From an uncultured Acidimicrobiales bacterium (GTDB lineage: Bacteria; Actinomycetota; Acidimicrobiia; Acidimicrobiales; UBA10347): a DNA stretch of 64,000 nt. The notes under the pieces were generated by a model. That model worked only from the letters and a program-made list of their open reading frames with translations, had not been told where the DNA came from and made no database searches. Location of the stretch: positions 2,313-66,312 of the forward strand of contig CALKPY010000136.1 of assembly GCA_937991435.1 (NCBI GenBank). The letters run 5' to 3'. Below, piece by piece: positions 30,365 through 40,620 of the stretch (within the stretch, counting starts at the first letter, position 1; each line of letters begins with the position of its first letter). A program made the position numbers and the translations under genes.

Positions 30365-31177
30365 TCAGACGGTGAATGACATGCCGATTACCCCCGGGCC
30401 CCCATGGGTACCGACGACGGGACCAATCACGCTGATGCGATCTGGGGTCACGCCCATTTGACTTACAAACGCGTCGACATCGTCGGCAAGCCCGTGCCCG
30501 ACGGTGATGTTTTCGGCGTTGTCAGGAAGCACACTTGTCAGCCACGCCAGCGCCTTTTTGCGAGTGCGTTGACGCCCGGCTTCTTCGACAGCACCAGAGC
30601 TGAGATCAAGACAAGGCTTGATTGACAACATTGTTCCGAGCATGGCTTGGGCGTTGCCGATGCGACCGCCCTTTTTGAGATTCTCGAGCGTGTTGAGCAC
30701 GCCGTACACGTGCATGCGATCTGACAACGCGTTGGTTGAAGCAATGACTTCAGCAGCGGTCGCACCGTCGCGTGCTGCTTCGGCTGCCCGAAGCACGAGC
30801 GTGCCTTGACCAATGGTGACCGATCGCGAGTCAACTATCTCGATGCCTGCACCGGAAACAGTGCTTGCTGCGGTGCGAGCGGCTTGGGCGGTTGCCGAGA
30901 GGGCTTCGGACAAGTTGATGCAAACAATGTCTGTCGCTCCGTCGTCAATCAACTGCTGGTAGGCCGATGCAAACGCGCCTGGTGATGGGGCGGCAGTTTC
31001 GGGAAGCGTGTCATCTGCTTCCATCTCGGCATAGAACTGGTTGGGGGTGAGTTCGACTCGGTCTGTGAACTCGCGACTACCGAAGCGAATACTCAGAGGA
31101 ACAACGGCGATGCCCAAGGCTTCGGTGACGTCGGGGGACAGGTCGCAACCGCTGTCGGTAACGATGCGGACTGACAT
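30365..31177 (-). CDS. DegV family fatty-acid-binding protein
   Basis: The N-terminus MSVRIVTDSGCDL, the SxxLSATAQAA motif and the ~270-aa size fit the family. Confidence 0.85.
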   Translation of the reverse strand: MSVRIVTDSGCDLSPDVTEALGIAVVPLSIRFGSREFTDRVELTPNQFYAEMEADDTLPETAAPSPGAFASAYQQLIDDGATDIVCINLSEALSATAQAARTAASTVSGAGIEIVDSRSVTIGQGTLVLRAAEAARDGATAAEVIASTNALSDRMHVYGVLNTLENLKKGGRIGNAQAMLGTMLSIKPCLDLSSGAVEEAGRQRTRKKALAWLTSVLPDNAENITVGHGLADDVDAFVSQMGVTPDRISVIGPVVGTHGGPGVIGMSFTV

Positions 31178-31239
31178 GGGGTTCTCCTAGATGGTAGAAG
31201 GTCGAGGGTTCGAGGCTCGCGTAGCAGACAGAGTCTGCC

Positions 31240-32286
31240 CTATGGGCTGGTGCGGTACCCGGTTGGGTTCTGATGCTGCCATCGCCAGTGGTCCTGGCAG
31301 GCGTCATCGAGTGATCGAGTGGCTTGCCACCCGAGTCGTTCAAGTGCATGTGATGGATCGGCAAACGAGACAGCTGAGTCACCATCTCGGCGGCCGACAA
31401 TCTGATGGGGGATGGGTCTATCAGCCGCTTTTTCTGCGGAGCGCAGTACATCGAGCACCGACGAGCCCCGCCCCGTGCCGAGATTGATGGCCTCACTGGT
31501 TTCAATCGAGCCAAATGCTCCTAGGGCTGCAACGTGTCCATCGGCAAGGTCAGACACGTGTATGTAGTCGCGAATGCAGGTGCCATCAGGGGTGTTGTAG
31601 TCGTCTCCGAAGATCTGGAGCATCTCGCGTTGGCCAGCGGCGACCTGCATGGTGAATGGCATGAGGTTGTTCGGCGGACCAATGGGATCTTCGCCGATGC
31701 GGCCAGACTCGTGAGCACCAACAGGATTGAAGTAGCGCAAATGCACAGCGCGCAGTGATGAACTAGCGGCAACGTCATCGATGATCTGTTCGGCGATCGA
31801 CTTGGTGCGTCCATAGGGATTTCCAGGGCCGATCCGTGATGATTCGGTGAGCGGGCTTGGTTGGTCCGGCCTGTACACCGTTGCCGATGATGAAAACACA
31901 AGAGCCGGCACGCTGGCGCTTTGCATGGCCCGCAAGAGACTGATTGTGCCCCCGACATTGTTGTCGTGATATCGCAACGAATCAGTGACCGATTCCCCCA
32001 CGGCTTTGAGCCCCGCAAGGTGAATCACTGCGTCGACTTCGTGTTCGGCGAGAACTTCAGTGAGTCCGACCGTGTCTCGCACGTCGAGCTTGACGAACGG
32101 CATGGGTCCATCGATCAACTCTGCGACACGATCGACCACGATTTGAGAGCTGTTTGACAGGTTGTCGATGCCGACAAGGCGATGTCCCTGCGCTGCCAGA
32201 GCGACGGCCACGTGGCTTGCGATGTAGCCAGTGGCTCCGGTTAATGCCACGGTATTGATGTGCACCGCGGTTGATCGTAACCGCAT
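31240..32286 (-). CDS. galE: UDP-glucose 4-epimerase
   Basis: The NAD motif TGATGYIASH, catalytic YGRTK and overall SDR-extended architecture are present. The exact start is uncertain. Confidence 0.85.
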   Translation of the reverse strand: MRLRSTAVHINTVALTGATGYIASHVAVALAAQGHRLVGIDNLSNSSQIVVDRVAELIDGPMPFVKLDVRDTVGLTEVLAEHEVDAVIHLAGLKAVGESVTDSLRYHDNNVGGTISLLRAMQSASVPALVFSSSATVYRPDQPSPLTESSRIGPGNPYGRTKSIAEQIIDDVAASSSLRAVHLRYFNPVGAHESGRIGEDPIGPPNNLMPFTMQVAAGQREMLQIFGDDYNTPDGTCIRDYIHVSDLADGHVAALGAFGSIETSEAINLGTGRGSSVLDVLRSAEKAADRPIPHQIVGRRDGDSAVSFADPSHALERLGWQATRSLDDACQDHWRWQHQNPTGYRTSP

Positions 32287-32350
32287 AGGGTGGCGGGGTG
32301 TTGGGGCCCCGGTTGCCCGTGCTTGTCTGTCTGTATCTCAGGAGTCGACC

Positions 32351-33109
32351 ATGAATGGCGAACAGGTGACTCGAGGTCAAGCTCGGTTGAAGTACTTCTT
32401 TGGCACGATGGGTTCGGGCAAGAGCACTCATGCCCTTCAGATTCGACACAACTTGACAAGTCGCGGCCTGCAGGTGCTGTTGACAACGCAGCTTGATCGT
32501 CAGGCAGGTCGCGTGTCGAGCCGTCTTGGTGTATCCGCCGAAGCTGAGGTGATTTCGCGCGACACCGATCTGTTCGTGATGGCTGGCGAGCAAAAAACCC
32601 GGCACCGTCTCGACGCCATTGTGTGCGACGAAGCCCAGTTCTATTCGCCAGACCAGATTGAACAGCTGGCCCTCGTTGTCGACGTTCTCGGTGTCGATGT
32701 GTTCGCCTTTGGATTGCTCACGAGTTTTCAAGGTGAGCTCTTTGCCGGAAGCCAACGATTGCTTGAACTCGCCGATGAGCGAAGCGAGCTTCAGGTCGAA
32801 GCTCGGTGTTTCTGTGGTCAGCGGGCGACGCACAATGCACGCCTGGTCGATGGCCGCCAGGTCTATACCGGTGCATTACAAGTGGTAGGCGACACCAATG
32901 ACCGCAGCGATGCTGAAGTGACTTACGAACTGCGGTGCCGCTTCCACTGGCACGAGGCCAAGTGGGAAAACGAGGGTCGCCAACTTTCACTGCCGGTTGA
33001 TACAGGCGTGTCCCGGCCAATGATCAATACGCCGATCGAACCCGACGTTCGCCCACTCGACCGCAGTTCGGTGGACAGTATCCAGATAGAAGAAGAGGTC
33101 TCACGATGA
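32351..33109 (+). CDS. tdk: Thymidine kinase with ~50-aa C-terminal extension
   Basis: The P-loop FGTMGSGKST, the DEAQF motif and the zinc-ribbon CFCG...CRFH are present. The ATG at 32351 is preceded by CAGGAG. Confidence 0.88.
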   Translation: MNGEQVTRGQARLKYFFGTMGSGKSTHALQIRHNLTSRGLQVLLTTQLDRQAGRVSSRLGVSAEAEVISRDTDLFVMAGEQKTRHRLDAIVCDEAQFYSPDQIEQLALVVDVLGVDVFAFGLLTSFQGELFAGSQRLLELADERSELQVEARCFCGQRATHNARLVDGRQVYTGALQVVGDTNDRSDAEVTYELRCRFHWHEAKWENEGRQLSLPVDTGVSRPMINTPIEPDVRPLDRSSVDSIQIEEEVSR

Positions 33110-33666
33110 TGCTCAGCGATCGCAGCTTGCGCCAAGCACTAGCCGAAGGTCGAATCGAGGTCGAGCCAATTGGCGGCAATGCTGTTCAGCCTTCATCAAT
33201 TGATCTGCGTTTGGCTTCGCAGTTCCGGGTCTTCCGCAATCACAAGCGGGCGATCATCGATGTCAAGCAAGACCTGTCGGACCTGACCGAGCTTGTCGAG
33301 ATCGAACCAGATGCCGCGTTCGTGTTGCATCCGGGCGAGTTCGTACTCGGCTCGACCCTGGAACGGGTGAAGGTGCCCGACGATCTCGTGGCACGTATCG
33401 AGGGCAAGAGCAGCCTCGGTCGGCTGGGTCTACTTATTCATTCCACGGCGGGGTTTGTCGATGCTGGCTGGAATGGCCAATTGACCCTCGAACTGTCGAA
33501 CGTTGCCAGCTTGCCAATCACGTTGTATCCCGACATGAAGATCGGCCAGATCAGTTTCATGCAGATGACGACACCAGCTGATCAGCCGTACGGATCAAAG
33601 GCAGTCGGATCGAAGTATCAAGATCAGACCGGTCCGGTTGCTAGCCGATACTTCGAGAACTTCTGA
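33106..33666 (+). CDS. dcd: dCTP deaminase
   Basis: The motifs QPSSIDLRL, IEGKSSLGRLGL and the GWNGQLTLE active-site region are present. There is an ATGA overlap with tdk. Confidence 0.92.
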   Translation: MMLSDRSLRQALAEGRIEVEPIGGNAVQPSSIDLRLASQFRVFRNHKRAIIDVKQDLSDLTELVEIEPDAAFVLHPGEFVLGSTLERVKVPDDLVARIEGKSSLGRLGLLIHSTAGFVDAGWNGQLTLELSNVASLPITLYPDMKIGQISFMQMTTPADQPYGSKAVGSKYQDQTGPVASRYFENF

Positions 33667-33717
33667 ACGCTGGTCGTTAGCAACACAGAAACGGCTGCGC
33701 ACCTACACTTGCCGACA

Positions 33718-34083
33718 ATGAACCTGGGCAGTGCAGAAGTGTTGATCGTCGTAGCGTTGTTGGTACTTGTTTTTGGTGCGGGCTGGTTACCCAAAGCAGC
33801 ACGCAATCTCGGGCGAGCCAAAGTCGAACTCGACAAGACACAGGCGCAACTCAATACCGCGAAACAAAGTGTGATCGAGTCCACGGGTATCGAAGGAGCG
33901 AGCAACTCGTTGCGCAAAGCGAACAACGCATTGCGCAAGTCACCACAACAGCTGATGAAAGATGCGGTACGTAGCTCGGGTGCCGCCGCGATGTCCCCGG
34001 ATCTGGGCACCAATGACGACACTGGTGATTTTGCGGTTGATGTGACGACGTCGCCAAGCGATGAAGATCCGTCGGCGAGCTGA
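33718..34083 (+). CDS. tatA: Twin-arginine translocase TatA/TatE family subunit
   Basis: MNLGSAEVLIVVALLVLVFGAGWLPKAARNLGRAK shows a TM helix, the FG hinge and an amphipathic helix. The ORF also allows a TTG start at 33709. Confidence 0.8.
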   Translation: MNLGSAEVLIVVALLVLVFGAGWLPKAARNLGRAKVELDKTQAQLNTAKQSVIESTGIEGASNSLRKANNALRKSPQQLMKDAVRSSGAAAMSPDLGTNDDTGDFAVDVTTSPSDEDPSAS

Positions 34084-34106
34084 CCGCCCCGAGCGGTGCA
34101 ATTCGA

Positions 34107-34460
34107 CTAGCCGCGTCCGCGCCCACCCGTGCGCTTGGATCCGCCAGCCACTCGCGCACCGGCCTCGGATTGGCTTGCGTCACCATGGCGATTGACGGCG
34201 TTCGTTCCGCGGTCGCCATCATGTTGCAGGTCGGCATGTAGCTCGATTCCCTTTTCGGCCACCTTGTTCGAAGCCAGCATGGGCTTCATGGTCGGAGCCG
34301 CGCGTCCCATCACATCATCGACGATGGTTTGCTGATCTTCGAGTTCGGTGATTCCGGGTCCGAATCGCAGAATCTTGCGCACCCTCATCGATCCATCGGT
34401 CTCGACGAGCACCGAAGGCCCATCGGCGCCGTGTCGGTCCAACAGCCAATACTTGCCCAT
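34107..34460 (-). CDS. Hypothetical protein
   Basis: A 117-aa ORF with plausible composition and no motif I recognise. Its C-terminus is Gly/Arg-rich. Confidence 0.45.
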   Translation of the reverse strand: MGKYWLLDRHGADGPSVLVETDGSMRVRKILRFGPGITELEDQQTIVDDVMGRAAPTMKPMLASNKVAEKGIELHADLQHDGDRGTNAVNRHGDASQSEAGARVAGGSKRTGGRGRG

Positions 34461-34519
34461 GATCGTCCCTTGGTTCGTGTGCTGGCGACCTTATCGCCGG
34501 CTTAGCGTTCGCCTAATGA

Positions 34520-36940
34520 TTAGGCGTCGCTACCTGGTTCGGGGGCGGTGCCGTCATCTGCATCGTCACGAATTCCGTTGCCATCAAGGTCGCCATGCAT
34601 GCCGAAGCCCAAGGGTTTTTCGATGACGTCGGCGGTGATTCGAGCATCGGTCGGCATCATGAGATCAGCGGTACGACCTGCGCCGCCGCCGTTGGACTCG
34701 CCCTGTTCGATGGCTTCGAGCAGGTGCATGGCAATGTCGGCGACTTTGACCTGGTCGTCTTCGACGCCCTCACCCTTGACGCCGTCATCGATCATGACGT
34801 AGCAGAACGGGCAAGCGGTCGCGATACGAGTTGCCCCAGTTGCGAGAAGCTCTTGGGAGCGTTCGACGTTGATCTGTTTGCCAACGTGTTCTTCCATCCA
34901 CATACGACCGCCACCGGCGCCGCAGCACATTCCTTTGGTGCCACTGCGGCTGGCTTCGACGACTTCGATGCCGCCAATGGAACCAACGACATTGCGGGGG
35001 GCGAGATAGACGTCGTTGTGGCGTCCGAGATAGCACGAGTCGTGGTACACGAGTCGTTCTTCGAGTTCGGCTCCGCTTACGTCGAGGCGGCCGTCTTCGA
35101 TCAGAATTTCGAGGAGCTGGCTGTGGTGCACGACCTCGTAGTTGCCGCCGAGTTGTGGGTATTCGTTGGCGAGTGTGTTGAAGCAGTGCGGACACTGAGT
35201 GACGATCTTTTTGACACCCATCGAGTTCAGCGTCTCAATGTTTTGGGTAGCGAGCATTTGGAAGATGTATTCGTTGCCGCTGCGTCGAGCAGGGTCGCCG
35301 GTGCACATCTCAGATGGGCCGAGGATGGCGAAGCTCATGCCCGCACGGTTCATTAGCTTTGAAAAGGCTTGCGAGACCTTTTTGTTCTTGTCGTCGAAGC
35401 TTCCGGCACAGCCGACCCAGTAGAGGAACTCGGCCTGCATAGGGTCGCCGCCCTCGAGCACTTCGAGGCCTTCGAATTCTTCGGCCCAGTCGGCGCGTTC
35501 GGCTTGACCCATGCCCCACGGGTTGCCCTGGTTCTCCATGGCGCGATAGGCGTTGCCGAGTTCGCTCGGGAAGTCGCTCTCCATGAGTGACAGGTACCGG
35601 CGCATGTCGAGGATCTTGTCGAGGATCTCGATGTTTACGGGGCAGTTCTCGTCACAGGCCTTGCACGTGGTGCAAGCCCAGATTTCGTCGCTCGTGATGC
35701 GATCGAATACCGAGTTAGGGGCGACCAAAATGTTGCCGGGCTCGTTGGCGACAGCGATTTCTTTGTCGACACCGATCGGCGGTGTCACCACCGGTGATCC
35801 GGAGCGGGCCATAACCTCGCCGGTCTTGAGCACAATCTCTCGAGGATCGAGCGACTTGCCGGTGGCATTGGCCGGGCAGACCTCGGTGCAACGCCCGCAC
35901 ATGGTGCACGAGTCGGTGTCCATGAGTTGTTTCCAAGTGAAGTCCTCGATGGTTGCAACACCAAACGATTCGAGTTCGGTTTCCATCAGGTTGGCCATGG
36001 GCTTCATGGCACCCTTTGGCCGGTCTCGGTCCTTGAGATACATGTTCGCTGGCGAGGTAACCATGTGGCGCAACATCGTGGTCGGCAAGATCAACAGGAA
36101 CAGCGCAAACGACACAACGTGGGCGATCCACCAAGCTTGATGCCAGCCCGACAAGCTGTCCATTCCCTTGACGGCTTGAGCGAGTGGCCAACCAATAAAC
36201 GACCACTTCTCAAACGACGGGCTTCCGGTCTCGGCGATACGAAACGCCTCGGCGCCGAAACCAGTGATACCGATCGCAAGGAGCGTGCCGAGAATGATCG
36301 CGTGTTCCGGCTTGTTTTTAACGCGGATACGAAACGGTCGCATTGACCGGGGGCCGTAGCGTCGGGCGCCGGCCATCACGAGTCCAGCGATGAACATCAG
36401 GCCAGCTGCATCGCCAACCGCTGAGTAACCCTTGTAGACGCCGCCGTGCAGGAACTTCAGGCCTTCGGGAAGCTGGTGATCGATCTCAAGGGTGGTGGTG
36501 ACTGCCATCAAGATGAGGAAGCCGAAGTAGATCAGCGAGTGCATGATGCCGGCGACCGGATCGCGCATGAGGGTCTGCATGTAGAGCCCGGCGCGCATGT
36601 CGCCAAGACGTTGCTTGACGTTCTTTGAGGTGGTCTTGCGGTTCTCGGGTGCACCTCGTTGCCAGTTCTTGACCCGGAACGAAAGCTGGAAGCCGACGTA
36701 GATCAGCAGCACCGGCACAAGCGTGTAGAACATCGCCTTGAGCGGGCCGGGGATGTTGCCAAACACCTCGCGTGTGATGTCGTCTTCGACATGGTGGAAC
36801 TCGAACACGGTCGCGGCGATGCCCGACACGGCAGTTACGAGCGCGATCAAGCCCCAAAAGGCGATGATCAGATGGTTCGGACGAATTCCTGAGGCCTTGA
36901 CCTCGGTCTCGCCCGCTACTTCTTCAACCTGCGTACCCAT
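34520..36940 (-). CDS. Membrane-bound (Fe-S)-binding oxidoreductase: NarI/DsrM-like TM domain fused to an HdrD/DsrK/GlpC-like domain (2x[4Fe-4S] + 2 CCG)
   Basis: The N-terminal ~330 aa have multiple TM helices. They are followed by CTMCGRCTEVCP and CTTCKACDENCP ferredoxin motifs and cysteine-rich CCG motifs (VTQCPHCFNTL, MCCGAGGG). Confidence 0.8.
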   Translation of the reverse strand: MGTQVEEVAGETEVKASGIRPNHLIIAFWGLIALVTAVSGIAATVFEFHHVEDDITREVFGNIPGPLKAMFYTLVPVLLIYVGFQLSFRVKNWQRGAPENRKTTSKNVKQRLGDMRAGLYMQTLMRDPVAGIMHSLIYFGFLILMAVTTTLEIDHQLPEGLKFLHGGVYKGYSAVGDAAGLMFIAGLVMAGARRYGPRSMRPFRIRVKNKPEHAIILGTLLAIGITGFGAEAFRIAETGSPSFEKWSFIGWPLAQAVKGMDSLSGWHQAWWIAHVVSFALFLLILPTTMLRHMVTSPANMYLKDRDRPKGAMKPMANLMETELESFGVATIEDFTWKQLMDTDSCTMCGRCTEVCPANATGKSLDPREIVLKTGEVMARSGSPVVTPPIGVDKEIAVANEPGNILVAPNSVFDRITSDEIWACTTCKACDENCPVNIEILDKILDMRRYLSLMESDFPSELGNAYRAMENQGNPWGMGQAERADWAEEFEGLEVLEGGDPMQAEFLYWVGCAGSFDDKNKKVSQAFSKLMNRAGMSFAILGPSEMCTGDPARRSGNEYIFQMLATQNIETLNSMGVKKIVTQCPHCFNTLANEYPQLGGNYEVVHHSQLLEILIEDGRLDVSGAELEERLVYHDSCYLGRHNDVYLAPRNVVGSIGGIEVVEASRSGTKGMCCGAGGGRMWMEEHVGKQINVERSQELLATGATRIATACPFCYVMIDDGVKGEGVEDDQVKVADIAMHLLEAIEQGESNGGGAGRTADLMMPTDARITADVIEKPLGFGMHGDLDGNGIRDDADDGTAPEPGSDA

Positions 36941-37081
36941 CGGTCGGCAACGTTACCGCGTGGAATCGAGGGGATCGCAGTTGAAGCCGACATTGCATCG
37001 CTACACAAGCCGGGTTTTCGCAACTCCACAGGCGCAACCAGACGCTCGCGCACCCCCTCAATCGAAATTGTCAACTTTGTT

Positions 37082-37107
37082 GGAATGCGCCTTTGACCCC
37101 ATGGGTT
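37082..37107 (+). promoter_or_regulatory. SigR/SigH-type promoter motif GGAAT-N18-GTT upstream of dnaK
   Basis: tGGAATgcgcctttgaccccatggGTTgca has exact consensus spacing, about 105 nt upstream of the dnaK ATG. Confidence 0.5.
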
Positions 37108-37210
37108 GCATGGCATTGCCTCTTACCCTGCGGGCCGGCTCGACGCCTTATGTCTGGGCTTCCCCCGCACCCCAAAACAACACCCCCCAAACAATCGGAG
37201 ATTGCGAATC

Positions 37211-39031
37211 ATGGGAAAAGCTGTCGGAATTGACCTCGGAACAACAAACTCAGTAGTAGCGGTACTCGAAGGTGGCGACCCTGTCGTCATCGCGAATGCC
37301 GAAGGAGCACGCACAACACCGTCGGTGGTGGCCTTTGCCAAGAGTGGCGAAGTACTTGTTGGCGAAGTCGCTAAGCGCCAGGCGATCACCAACCCCGATC
37401 GCACGCTTCGATCGGTCAAGCGCCACATGGGCTCGGGCTGGAAGATCGATATCGACGGCAAGGACTACACATCGCAGGAAATCTCAGCCCGCACATTGCA
37501 GAAACTCAAGCGCGACGCCGAGGCCTATTTGAGCGAGCCAGTAACTCAGGCAGTTATTACCGTTCCCGCGTATTTTGATGACGCTCAGCGCACCGCAACC
37601 AAAGAAGCCGGCCAGATCGCCGGTCTTGAAGTGCTGCGCATCATCAACGAGCCAACCGCTGCAGCGTTGGCATATGGCCTCGACAAAGACACCGACCAGA
37701 CGGTGCTCGTCTTTGACCTCGGGGGCGGCACCTTTGACGTCTCTGTTCTTGAAATTGGCGACGGCGTCTTTGAAGTCAAGTCAACAAGCGGCGACACCAA
37801 GCTCGGTGGCGACGATTGGGATGACGCGGTCATCGAGTGGCTCGCGACCTCATTCAAGAACGATCACGGCGTTGACTTGTCAGGCGACAGCATGGCCATG
37901 CAACGCCTGAAGGAAGCTGCCGAAAACGCAAAGATCGAACTCTCAAGCAAGCAAGAAACTCAGGTCAACCTTCCGTTCATCACGGCGACCGATTCCGGTC
38001 CGTTGCACCTTGACTACGCACTCAGCCGCGCTCGGTTCCAAGACATGACTGCCGATCTGCTCGATCGCTGCCGCGGTCCGTTCGAGAGCGCGATCAAAGA
38101 TGCCGGTCTGACCAAAGGCGACGTCGAACATGTGATTCTCGTTGGCGGATCGACTCGTATGCCAGCCGTGTCAGATCTCGTACGTGAGCTGACCGGCAAC
38201 GATCCAAACAAAGGTGTGAACCCCGATGAAGTCGTTGCGATTGGCGCCGCGGTTCAAGCTGGGGTGTTGCGTGGCGAAGTCACCGACGTGCTGCTTCTCG
38301 ATGTCACGCCACTGTCGCTTGGCATTGAAACCAAAGGTGGCATCATGACGACGTTGATCGAGCGCAACACCACGATTCCGAAGAAGCGCAGCGAAGTGTT
38401 CACCACCGCCGAAGACAGCCAACCATCGGTCGAGATTCATGTGCTTCAAGGCGAGCGCGAAATGGCGCAGTTCAACAAGACTCTGGGCAAGTTCCAGCTT
38501 GTCGACCTGCCGCCGGCTCCCAGTGGTGTGCCACAGATCGAAGTGACGTTCGATATCGATGCCAATGGCATCGTGCATGTGTCGGCCAAAGACCGTGCGA
38601 CGGGCAAAGAACAGTCGATCACGATCACCGGCCAGTCATCACTGGACAACGACGTCATCGACCAGATGATCAAAGATGCCGAGGCACATGCCGACGAAGA
38701 CAAGAACCGTCGTGAGGCTGCTGAGGTTCGCAACTCAGCCGACACGCTCGTGTACCAAACCGAAAAGCTGCTTAGTGATCACGGCGACCGCATCACCGAC
38801 GACGAACGTGCTGACGTCGAAGAGAAGATGACCAAGCTCAAGGCTGATTTGACGGGCGAGGATACGGAGACGATCAAGGGTTCGATCGAAGCGCTCATGA
38901 ACGCGAGCCAGCAATTCAGTCAGCGTTTGTATGAGACTGCAGCTGCTGGCGATAATGCCGACGGATCGTCGAGCGATGAAGCCGATGCCGACGATGACAT
39001 TGTCGACGCCGAGATTGTCGAAGACGAGTGA
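37211..39031 (+). CDS. dnaK: Molecular chaperone DnaK (Hsp70)
   Basis: [21 protein letters not shown]..., [10 protein letters not shown] and [11 protein letters not shown] are present. The ATG at 37211 is preceded by GGAG; the ORF-track start at 37106 is rejected. Confidence 0.98.
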   Translation: MGKAVGIDLGTTNSVVAVLEGGDPVVIANAEGARTTPSVVAFAKSGEVLVGEVAKRQAITNPDRTLRSVKRHMGSGWKIDIDGKDYTSQEISARTLQKLKRDAEAYLSEPVTQAVITVPAYFDDAQRTATKEAGQIAGLEVLRIINEPTAAALAYGLDKDTDQTVLVFDLGGGTFDVSVLEIGDGVFEVKSTSGDTKLGGDDWDDAVIEWLATSFKNDHGVDLSGDSMAMQRLKEAAENAKIELSSKQETQVNLPFITATDSGPLHLDYALSRARFQDMTADLLDRCRGPFESAIKDAGLTKGDVEHVILVGGSTRMPAVSDLVRELTGNDPNKGVNPDEVVAIGAAVQAGVLRGEVTDVLLLDVTPLSLGIETKGGIMTTLIERNTTIPKKRSEVFTTAEDSQPSVEIHVLQGEREMAQFNKTLGKFQLVDLPPAPSGVPQIEVTFDIDANGIVHVSAKDRATGKEQSITITGQSSLDNDVIDQMIKDAEAHADEDKNRREAAEVRNSADTLVYQTEKLLSDHGDRITDDERADVEEKMTKLKADLTGEDTETIKGSIEALMNASQQFSQRLYETAAAGDNADGSSSDEADADDDIVDAEIVEDE

Positions 39032-39678
39032 TGGGTGACGAAGAAACCGCAGACGAAGCGGTCCCAGTTGCGACAGACCCTGCGGTTCAAGCTAATGCAG
39101 GGCAAGATCCCATTGCTGTAGACGTCGAAACAATGGCAACGGAAACCCACACCCCCGATGCTGTCAGCGAATCAGGTTTGGTGAGCGACCTTGTCGATCC
39201 CGACGCAGATGTCGAAGGTGACCTAGACATCGATGGTGATCCGGCGTCATTAGAGATAAGCGACGAGGCCGTTGTCGCCTTGATCGCCGAACGTGATGAC
39301 TATCTCGATCGACTTCAACGCCTCAAGGCAGAGTTTGATAACGCTCGTCGCCGCAATGCGGAGAACGCCGAGCAGATGCGCAAGCAGGCCGCGTCCGACA
39401 TTGTGGAGAAGCTGCTGCCGGTACTCGACAGCTGCGATGCCGCTCTCGCTCAAGGCTTTGACCAAGTGGCGCCGATTGCAACGTCACTGTTTGACACACT
39501 TTCTGCTCAGGGTCTCGCGCGCTTCGATCCAACCGGCGAAGCCTTCAACCCTGAACATCACGAAGCTGTACTGCACGAGGAAGGCGAGGGTGACCCAACA
39601 GTCGCCGAGACGCTCCGCACCGGATACGTGTGGAACGATCGCGTGATTCGCCCGGCCATGGTCAAGGTTCAGGGCTGA
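39028..39678 (+). CDS. grpE: Nucleotide exchange factor GrpE
   Basis: It has an acidic N-terminus, the coiled coil [18 protein letters not shown] and FNPEHHEAV in the C-terminal domain. There is an ATGA overlap with dnaK. Confidence 0.92.
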   Translation: MMGDEETADEAVPVATDPAVQANAGQDPIAVDVETMATETHTPDAVSESGLVSDLVDPDADVEGDLDIDGDPASLEISDEAVVALIAERDDYLDRLQRLKAEFDNARRRNAENAEQMRKQAASDIVEKLLPVLDSCDAALAQGFDQVAPIATSLFDTLSAQGLARFDPTGEAFNPEHHEAVLHEEGEGDPTVAETLRTGYVWNDRVIRPAMVKVQG

Positions 39679-39687
39679 GGCTGAGCC

Positions 39688-40620
39688 GTGAAGTCTGGCG
39701 ATGTCAAGCGGGAGTGGTTCGACAATGACTACTACGCCGCGCTTGGGGTGGCTAGCTCCGCGTCGCAAAAGGAAATCACCAAGGCGTATCGGGCACTTGC
39801 CCGCAAGTATCACCCCGATACCAATCCCGACAACGCCGCTGCCGAAGAGCGTTTCAAGACGGTATCGGCGGCCTATGAGGTCGTTGGCGACGAAGCAACT
39901 CGCGCACAATATGACCAGGTCCGCCAGATGGGACCAATGGGCGGCGCGTTTGGCGGCGGTGGAGCCGGTGGTTTCCAGGGTGGTGCAGATATCAATGACT
40001 TGCTCGGTTCGTTCCTTGGCGGAAGCGGACTATTTGGCCAGCAAGCTGGTGGGCAACGCACGCGACCGCGCGAACAGCGAGGTCGAGATCAAGAGGCTCG
40101 CCTTGTCATCACCTTCGAAGAGTCGATTCGAGGCACCAAGGCATCGATAAGCGTCGCCGACACAGAGGGCCCGCGATCGATGACCGTGCGGATTCCTGCG
40201 GGGGTTGAGGATGGTCAACGAATACGCCTTCGCGGTAAAGGCGGCCCCGGCACACCCGCCGGCGACCTTTTTGTGACTGTGAACGTTGGGCCAAATCCTC
40301 TTTTCACACGATCGGGAAGCCGGCTGCTGTTGGAGCTTCCCGTCACTTTCGCTGAAGCTGCGCTCGGTACCGACGTCGATGTACCCAGTTTTGACGGCGA
40401 CTCTGTGCGGGTTCGCATTCCAGCCGGAACCCAGCACGGACGAATTCTCCGAATCAGGGGAGCAGGGGCCGCAGAGAGCGAAGACTTTGCTGACCTGTAC
40501 GTCTCGGTGCAACTTGTTGTCCCCGAAGAATTGACGACTGAACAGCGTGAGCTGTTGCATTCGATGGCGCAACTCGATGACACCTCGATTCGCCAACATC
40601 TCGATGGAACACCATCGTGA
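39688..40620 (+). CDS. dnaJ: J-domain co-chaperone DnaJ, class II (CbpA-like, no Cys-rich zinc-finger domain)
   Basis: It has a J domain with the HPD motif ([14 protein letters not shown]), a G/F-rich linker and two C-terminal beta domains. The protein contains no cysteine at all. GTG start. Confidence 0.88.
   Translation: MKSGDVKREWFDNDYYAALGVASSASQKEITKAYRALARKYHPDTNPDNAAAEERFKTVSAAYEVVGDEATRAQYDQVRQMGPMGGAFGGGGAGGFQGGADINDLLGSFLGGSGLFGQQAGGQRTRPREQRGRDQEARLVITFEESIRGTKASISVADTEGPRSMTVRIPAGVEDGQRIRLRGKGGPGTPAGDLFVTVNVGPNPLFTRSGSRLLLELPVTFAEAALGTDVDVPSFDGDSVRVRIPAGTQHGRILRIRGAGAAESEDFADLYVSVQLVVPEELTTEQRELLHSMAQLDDTSIRQHLDGTPS

Noticed and set aside
37106-37210. The ORF-track dnaK start at 37106 would add 35 residues.
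   Set aside because: Hsp70 begins [14 protein letters not shown], and the ATG at 37211 has a GGAG RBS. The upstream part contains the putative promoter.
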